Origin: an uncultured bacterium
GTDB lineage: Bacteria; Lernaellota; Lernaellaia; Lernaellales; Lernaellaceae
Length of the DNA stretch: 12,700 nt
Assembly (NCBI GenBank): GCA_964534375.1
Contig: CAZHPN010000171.1
Coordinates: 1-12,700 of the forward strand
Direction: 5' to 3'
Both the position numbers and the translations under genes were made by a program. Of this stretch, positions 7,363 to 12,700 are shown one piece after another. How positions within the stretch are numbered: the first letter of the stretch is position 1; each line of letters begins with the position of its first letter. The notes under the pieces are model-generated. The model had not been told where the DNA came from. It was given only the letters and a program-made list of their open reading frames with translations, and ran no database searches.

Positions 7363-8568
7363 ATGAGAAACGGGTTCTTGGGTGCGCTGGGCTTGTTGAT
7401 GGCGATGGCCATCGCTTTTTTGGGCGCGTGCGCCCCGTCGAGCAGCAGCGGCGGAAATCATCCGGCCGACGACGACGCGTCGCCGGCGGATGACGACGCC
7501 TCGCCGACGGACGACGACGATAACGACACGACGCCGCCGGCAGACGACGACGGTTCGCCGGCTGATGACGATAACGACGACAGTTCGCCCGCGGACGACG
7601 ACGACAACGACGACGACAGCGCAACGGATGTCTTTGCGGTGGGCTTGAACGGCGCGATTGTGCACTACGATGGGGCATCTTGGTCGCCCATGACGAGCGG
7701 GACGCCGAACGATTTAACCGGCATTTGGGGGAACGGCGGCTCCGACGTTTTCGTCGTTGGCTACCCCAGTGTCGTTTTACATTACGATGGTTCCCTTTGG
7801 TCAACCGTGGCAAGCATACCGGATACGGAATACGGCGGCCTTGCCTGCGTCTGGGGAACCTCGCCATCGGATGTGTTTGCGGCAGGCTACGAAGGAGGCC
7901 AAAATGGCGTCATCCTTCATTACGACGGCACCGCGTGGTTAGTTCAGTGGACAGCCGGTGTTTCATTGGGCGTTTCTGAAATACGGGGAGTTTGGGGAAT
8001 CGCCAGCACCAATGATTTTGTCGTCGGCGAATCGAGTGCCAATAATGCCGCGCCCTTTCCTCCGATCGTTAGCGGATTAGTTTTAGACAACAAGAACGGC
8101 TCCTGGACCGAGATGAACAACACCGGGTCCTTGGGCCCGCTTAACGCCGTCTGGGGAACCTCGCAATCGGACGTCTTTGCCGTGGGCTGGATTCCTAACA
8201 GCACGGGTAATCCCGGCGGGAATTTAATCATGCATTATGACGGGCTCTTGTGGTCGAACATGCCGGTTCCGACCGATGACACTGCCTTTGTAGCCGGAAT
8301 CTGGGGTGCATCTTCTTCCGACGCGTTCGCGGTCGGCGCGGATTACGAGGGCGGCTTCGTATTCCGCTACGACGGATCGTCGTGGTCGACAGCGACCAAC
8401 GCCGCCTCCGGCTTGTACGGAATCTGGGGTTCCTCGGCCGCCGATGTGTTTGCCGTCGGCCGGGATAACGACGCGGGTGTGATTCTGCACTACGACGGTT
8501 CGTCGTGGACCACGACGACCGCCGGGTTGTCAAACTCATTAAACGCCGTTTGGGGCGTAAAGCGATAA
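7363..8568 (+). CDS. Lipoprotein copy 2: same head, linker 19 aa shorter, divergent 7-repeat beta-propeller-like domain
   Basis: First 176 nt identical to copy 1; lipobox LGAC; seven [VI]WG motifs; ends VWGVKR versus VWGVAK. Confidence 0.92.
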   Translation: MRNGFLGALGLLMAMAIAFLGACAPSSSSGGNHPADDDASPADDDASPTDDDDNDTTPPADDDGSPADDDNDDSSPADDDDNDDDSATDVFAVGLNGAIVHYDGASWSPMTSGTPNDLTGIWGNGGSDVFVVGYPSVVLHYDGSLWSTVASIPDTEYGGLACVWGTSPSDVFAAGYEGGQNGVILHYDGTAWLVQWTAGVSLGVSEIRGVWGIASTNDFVVGESSANNAAPFPPIVSGLVLDNKNGSWTEMNNTGSLGPLNAVWGTSQSDVFAVGWIPNSTGNPGGNLIMHYDGLLWSNMPVPTDDTAFVAGIWGASSSDAFAVGADYEGGFVFRYDGSSWSTATNAASGLYGIWGSSAADVFAVGRDNDAGVILHYDGSSWTTTTAGLSNSLNAVWGVKR

Positions 8569-8603
8569 CGACACGGTGGCCGAGCCGGCCGCAACGCCTC
8601 AAC

Positions 8604-8641
8604 GTGCCGGCCAAACATAGGTGCCAGCCACTTCTGCGGCG
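8604..8641 (+). repeat. Junction motif copy B
   Basis: GTGCCGGCCAAACATAGGTGCCAGCCACTTCTGCGGCG, between copy 2 and the headless fragment. Confidence 0.9.
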
Positions 8642-8645
8642 GGAC

Positions 8646-9152
8646 CTGCCAAGCGGCACGACAGGCCAGCCGACCGCTGTGTGGGGAAGCTCTTCCTCAA
8701 ACGTGTTCGCCGTTGGCACAGACGCCGTGTATAACGGGTTGGTGTTGCTCTACGACGGAACCTCATGGTCGACGATTGCCGTCATGACCGAAACGAGCTT
8801 GTACGGGATCTGGGGCAACTCTTCCTCGAACGTGTACGCCGTCGGATACACCTCGACGGGAGACTGGGCCGTGATTTTGCACTTCGACGGTTCCTCGTGG
8901 TCCGCGATGCCAAACCAACTGACGGGGGCGAACGGATTGAACGGCGTGTGGGGCAGCGCCCCCTCGGACGTGTTTGCCGTCGGGCCGGATTATTACACGG
9001 GGCCCGTCGTGATTGCGCATTATGACGGTTCGTCGTGGTCGGCGATCGCGACCGGGACCACGGCAAACTTGCAAGGCGTTTGGGGCAGTTCCGCCACGGA
9101 TTTGTTCGCGGTCGGCCAGGGCGGGATCATCCTGCACTACGGGCAAAATTGA
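8646..9152 (+). pseudogene. Headless (5'-truncated or orphan) beta-propeller fragment, 4 repeats
   Basis: Propeller-like sequence (PSGTT..VWGSSSSNVFAVG) starts immediately after the junction motif. No signal peptide, linker or clear RBS. The first ~47 codons of ORF 8505-9152 are non-homologous and partly overlap copy 2 out of frame. Confidence 0.75.
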
Positions 9153-9216
9153 TCCGAGGGAAGACGGCGGCAACGAGATCGCGTTGGGCGGTGGGCAAGG
9201 ATTCGATAACGGCGTT

Positions 9217-9251
9217 GGCCGGCGGCGCCGCCGAGGGCGGTTTCGCCGGCC
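9217..9251. terminator. GC-rich hairpin between convergent genes (possible terminator or REP)
   Basis: GGCCGGCG-gcg-CCGCC-gag-GGCGG-ttt-CGCCGGCC; no U tract. Confidence 0.4.
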
Positions 9252-9293
9252 GGCTCCAAGACCCTTGCTTGTCACGGGTTTCTTTGAGCCTGC

Positions 9294-10979
9294 CTATTCG
9301 GGCGCCCGCCCGCCGAAATCGAAGTATATCGACGCCTGCATATCCCGCGTTTCGAATCGATCGACCAGGCGCGCGTGCGGCGGCACGCCGCAGTCGGCGA
9401 AATTCCGGCGGAAACGCCCGATTTCGCGAGACAGCCAGCCCGTGAGTTTGTGTGCGGAGAACACCGCCCACAACGCCAATCCGGCTTTTGAGTCCACCAC
9501 CACGACCATGAGATTTCGCGTCGCGCCAAAATCGGCCGCCCGGAGGCCTGGTTCCGCGTAGTAGTAAATGCCCGGCTTGCCTTGATCCCAGATCGAGGGC
9601 GGCGTTTCTCCCGGCCAAAATCGGTTGCACTGGCTGAAGCGAAAACCCGCCAAGCGGTGTTGCGCCACGACCGCGGCGACGTGATGGTAGACCGCGACCT
9701 GGTTGTCAACGTTCACCTTGTAACACGGGAACAGCCGCACGGCCGCCGCCGAAATCAGGATGGCAACCGTTGTGACGCCGGTCAGCGCCGCAAAAATCTT
9801 GGCGTGGAACGGACCGTTTTCACGCCAGTTTCGGTAAGGCGGCGACCATTTCGCGTATTGGAAGAACAAGCCGGCGAAATAGCAGAGAAAAGGCGCGGCT
9901 GGAAAAAAATAATGCGTGGGTTCGAAGGTCCAGGCCGTCGTCTGGTAGCGGATAAGGTGCAACGGCAGCATCACGGCGTACGCCAAGAACAGGGCCGAGG
10001 CGCCCCCGATGATGACATGGCGGTCGGTGCGCAGCGTCCGTAGCCAGCGACCGATCTGCAGCAGACTGAGCGCGCCGTAAAGGTTGACGCCGAGGCCGCC
10101 GAGCAGGATGGTCATCACGATGATCGGCAGCGCGGAAAAAGGCAGCGCCCGCAAAGCGCCCCGCGCGCCTCTGAGCAGATCGTCATTCTCGCTCACGTAG
10201 GCGCCGGCGGGCGCCAGGCGCGCCGCCGCTTGCTCGATGAGCGAAACATTGACCGCGGCCAGCGCCGCGACGCCGAGCAGGGTGAGCAGCAACGTCGCCC
10301 GGTCGCGCCAGAACCGCGTAACGATCATCGTGGGCACGATCAATAACACGGCGGACATATGGATTTGCATGGCGATGCCGAGAAACAGCCACGCGGGTGC
10401 GATCGTCCACGTCCGGTCGCGGGCGGACAACGCCAGAAAGCAGAAATAGATCGCGAGGAAAAACGGCAGGTAATAATTGTGCTGGGCGGCGAACGGCGTC
10501 ATCAGAAAATGGAAGGCAAAGGCAGCGGCGGCGAACCACTGGCCTGGGCCGTCGCCGAACAATTGCCGCAGCGCGAAAAAGATCAGCGCCAGCGCAAAGA
10601 TGTCCAACAAGGTAACAAAATAATATTGCGCGCGGAGGTCGCGCGAGATGCGCAGCGGCAGGAGGCTCCAATAATTCGCGAACGAACCAAGGCGAAATCC
10701 GTAACCGACAAGGTTGCCCTGATCGAGCGGCTGACCCGAGTCGAAGTAGTTGATCGTCCGCTTCAAGAAGACGTCGACGTCCCCGTCGACTGCGCGCAGA
10801 TCGAACGCGTGGAAAAGAACTTGCACGGCGAAAAACGACGCGAGACCGGCGATCAACAGGTTGCGCAAACCGCGGGGCGGAACCGCGCCGGCCGACCATG
10901 CGCCGATTCCCCGATTCCCATGTTCGCCGTCTCGCACGTCTCTAATCGTTCCCTCCCGCGCGCCTGCCGGCGTTCGCAA
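9294..10979 (-). CDS. Polytopic membrane protein, probably GT-C fold (ArnT/PMT-like) glycosyltransferase; start uncertain
   Basis: About 10 or more hydrophobic segments; acidic DGDVD loop after the first helix; ArnT-like spacing of motifs (G..LG..A.Y, LGIAMQIHMSA, HYFFPAAPF); soluble C-terminal tail. The TTG start at 10979 is doubtful. Confidence 0.7.
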   Translation of the reverse strand: MRTPAGAREGTIRDVRDGEHGNRGIGAWSAGAVPPRGLRNLLIAGLASFFAVQVLFHAFDLRAVDGDVDVFLKRTINYFDSGQPLDQGNLVGYGFRLGSFANYWSLLPLRISRDLRAQYYFVTLLDIFALALIFFALRQLFGDGPGQWFAAAAFAFHFLMTPFAAQHNYYLPFFLAIYFCFLALSARDRTWTIAPAWLFLGIAMQIHMSAVLLIVPTMIVTRFWRDRATLLLTLLGVAALAAVNVSLIEQAAARLAPAGAYVSENDDLLRGARGALRALPFSALPIIVMTILLGGLGVNLYGALSLLQIGRWLRTLRTDRHVIIGGASALFLAYAVMLPLHLIRYQTTAWTFEPTHYFFPAAPFLCYFAGLFFQYAKWSPPYRNWRENGPFHAKIFAALTGVTTVAILISAAAVRLFPCYKVNVDNQVAVYHHVAAVVAQHRLAGFRFSQCNRFWPGETPPSIWDQGKPGIYYYAEPGLRAADFGATRNLMVVVVDSKAGLALWAVFSAHKLTGWLSREIGRFRRNFADCGVPPHARLVDRFETRDMQASIYFDFGGRAPE

Positions 10980-11298
10980 GCGGCGCTTTCCGCCCGCCGC
11001 CGCGATCGAACTTCTTCGCCGGCTTCGCGCTGCTGAATTCGCGCCGCGACACCTTTCCCGTCGGGCTGGAGGACTGCATTTTTGGCCAGTTTTGGCGGGA
11101 AATCAAGGAACAAAACGAGAAGCGATAGGCAGTTTCCGGCCGCCGGAGCGCAATTGGGGCAAGCGTTCCATCGCGGATTTTCGGTCTTCAAACTCGCGCC
11201 GCAGGTTGTCGAGGGGCTGAGCAGTGTGGGATACTTGCCGCAAGCGAACGCCGGGGGGACGCCGGCGAAGCGCCGCTTTTCGCTACATTGGGGGCGGC

Positions 11299-11430
11299 AT
11301 GACGGAGTTGCATCGCCGGGCGGACCTTGCTGAAAACACACGCGGAGCGCCGCGCCGCGTTTTCTATTTTCTCGCCGCGCTGGTCGCGCTGGTGTATTCG
11401 TTTCGCTTCTTTGTCTACGCCCAAACATAG
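11299..11430 (+). pseudogene. Possible 5' remnant of a membrane-protein gene ending at the junction motif/IS boundary
   Basis: MTELHRRADLAENTRGAPRRVFYFLAALVALVYSFRFFVYAQT*: a charged N-terminus plus one transmembrane helix; the stop is the TAG of CCAAACATAG. Confidence 0.4.
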
Positions 11431-12566
11431 TGTAACGTTACAGTAAAATCTTTACAATTGGCACGGAGTGTGCTATCGTTGGTTTCATGTGGAAACCAGC
11501 CAAACCATTGCCGATGACGGAAGAGCAGCGCAAGACTTTGGACGCCTGGGTGCGCGCCAAGACGTCGCCGCAGCGAATCGTCCTTCGATCCCGGATTTGT
11601 CTGCTCGCGGCGGCGGGCGTTTCCCATAACGCCATTGCCAAAAAACTGGGCACTTCTCGCCCCACCGTTTTGTTGTGGACGGACCGCTTTCGGGGTCAAG
11701 GTCCTGCGGGTCTGGCGGAAGATGCGCCGCATGGACCCAGTGCCCGCAGTCTGACTGCCGCAAAGATCAACGCGGTCGTGGAAGCGACACTTCACACGAC
11801 GCCCAAGGACGCCACCCACTGGTCGACGCGGACCATGGCCCGCGCCATGGGCGTCAGCAACGCCACGGTGTCCCGCATCTGGGACGCGCATGGCTTGCAG
11901 CCGCATCGCGTGCGGGGATTCAAGCTCTCGAAAGACAAACGTTTTGTCGAGAAGTTGACGGACGTCGTCGGCGTTTACCTGAATCCACCGGACAAAGCCG
12001 TGGTGTTGTGTATGGACGAAAAGACGCAAATTCAGGCGCTGGACCGGACGCAGCCGGGTTTGCCGTTGAAGAAAGGTCGCTGCGGCACGATGACGCACGA
12101 TTACCAGCGCAACGGGACGACCTGCCTGTTCGCCGCCTTGAATGTGCTGGAGGGCAAGGTCATCGGTTCCTGTTATCCGAGACACCGAAACATCGAATTC
12201 CGGAAATTCCTGCACCAGATCGATCGCGCCGTCCCCCCCGAGTCAGACATTCACATGATCCTGGACAATTACGGCACGCACAACCATCCAAAGGTCAAAG
12301 CGTGGTTGGAAAAGCATCCCCGCTTTCATCTGCACTTCACGCCGACCAGTGCGTCTTGGCTGAATCTTGTGGAACGATGGTTCGGCGAGATCACGCGAAA
12401 ACGAATCCGGCGAGGGGTGTTTCGCAGCGTTCAGGAACTCATCAGCGCAATTGAAGACTACATCCGGGGCAACAACGAAAATCCCAAACCGTTCGTCTGG
12501 ACGAAAAAGGTCGAAGCCATCTTAGAAAAGACCGCTCGTTGTAAAGCCGTCATTGAAACAGTACAA
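11430..12566 (+). mobile_element. IS630-family insertion sequence (~1137 bp) with TA target duplication
   Basis: TA at 11428-11429 and 12567-12568. Imperfect terminal IRs: GTGTAACGTTACA versus the reverse complement of the right end, TTGTACTGTTTCA. Removing the element restores CCAAACATAGGTGC, matching the junction motif. Confidence 0.93.
11451..11479 (+). promoter_or_regulatory. Transposase promoter
   Basis: TTTACA (11451-11456), 17 bp, TATCGT (11474-11479) with extended -10 TG at 11471-11472. Confidence 0.6.
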
Positions 12567-12569
12567 TAG
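11487..12569 (+). CDS. IS630-family DDE transposase, intact single ORF
   Basis: N-terminal HTH; THWSTRTMA, CMDEKTQIQALDR, MILDNYGTH, HFTPTSASWLNLVERWF, NENPKPFVWTK motifs; the stop codon uses the duplicated TA. Confidence 0.97.
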   Translation: MWKPAKPLPMTEEQRKTLDAWVRAKTSPQRIVLRSRICLLAAAGVSHNAIAKKLGTSRPTVLLWTDRFRGQGPAGLAEDAPHGPSARSLTAAKINAVVEATLHTTPKDATHWSTRTMARAMGVSNATVSRIWDAHGLQPHRVRGFKLSKDKRFVEKLTDVVGVYLNPPDKAVVLCMDEKTQIQALDRTQPGLPLKKGRCGTMTHDYQRNGTTCLFAALNVLEGKVIGSCYPRHRNIEFRKFLHQIDRAVPPESDIHMILDNYGTHNHPKVKAWLEKHPRFHLHFTPTSASWLNLVERWFGEITRKRIRRGVFRSVQELISAIEDYIRGNNENPKPFVWTKKVEAILEKTARCKAVIETVQ

Positions 12570-12627
12570 GTGCTGCCAAACGTAGGTGCTGCCAAACGTA
12601 GGTGCCAGCCACTTTTGCGGCGCGGCT
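12567..12627 (+). repeat. Junction motif copy C with tandem expansion of a 16-bp unit
   Basis: TAGGTGCTGCCAAACG x2, then TAGGTGCCAGCCACTTTTGCGGCGCGGCT; the left part of the first unit (CCAAACA) lies at 11421-11427, across the IS. Confidence 0.9.
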
Positions 12628-12648
12628 GCGTGGCGAAAGGAGGGCGCC

Positions 12649-12700
12649 ATGAGAAACGGGTTCTTGGGTGCGCTGGGCTTGTTGATGGCGATGGCCATCG
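12649..12700 (+). CDS. Lipoprotein copy 4 (partial; runs off the window end)
   Basis: AAAGGAGG RBS, then 52 nt identical to the starts of copies 1 and 2 (MRNGFLGALGLLMAMAI). Confidence 0.88.
   Translation, partial: MRNGFLGALGLLMAMAI

Noticed and set aside
8505..8645. Programmed -1 frameshift fusing copy 2 to the orphan fragment
   Set aside because: The frames overlap in -1, but I found no correctly phased X XXY YYZ slippery site, and the bridging peptide is Arg-rich and non-homologous.
6247..9152. Diversity-generating retroelement template/variable repeat pair
   Set aside because: Differences between copies involve all bases and indels, not adenine-specific changes; no reverse transcriptase is present.
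12567..12606. CRISPR-like repeats
   Set aside because: The 16-bp units are directly tandem with no spacers, and no cas genes are present.

Overview
GC-rich bacterial chromosomal window. It opens with the terminal 54 bp of a probable insertion sequence, followed by rpsB-tsf with an intrinsic terminator, a PAS-PAS hybrid histidine kinase coupled to a single-domain response regulator, and an ~1 kb non-coding region with two parS palindromes and short repeats. The right half is an accessory surface-protein locus. It has two complete tandem lipoprotein genes (identical 5' ends, Asp-rich linker, divergent 7-repeat beta-propeller-like domains), a headless 4-repeat propeller fragment, a reverse-strand polytopic membrane protein (GT-C/ArnT-like), a short possibly truncated membrane ORF, an intact IS630-family element, and the start of a fourth lipoprotein copy lacking the promoter segment found in copies 1 and 2. 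The most striking signal is a ~32-40 bp motif (GCCAAACRTAGGYGCCAGCCACTTYTGCGGCG). It sits at three module junctions of this array and is also the IS630 target. I infer a possible constant-head/variable-domain cassette system for surface lipoprotein diversification; this is unproven, and no recombinase other than the IS630 transposase is visible in the window.
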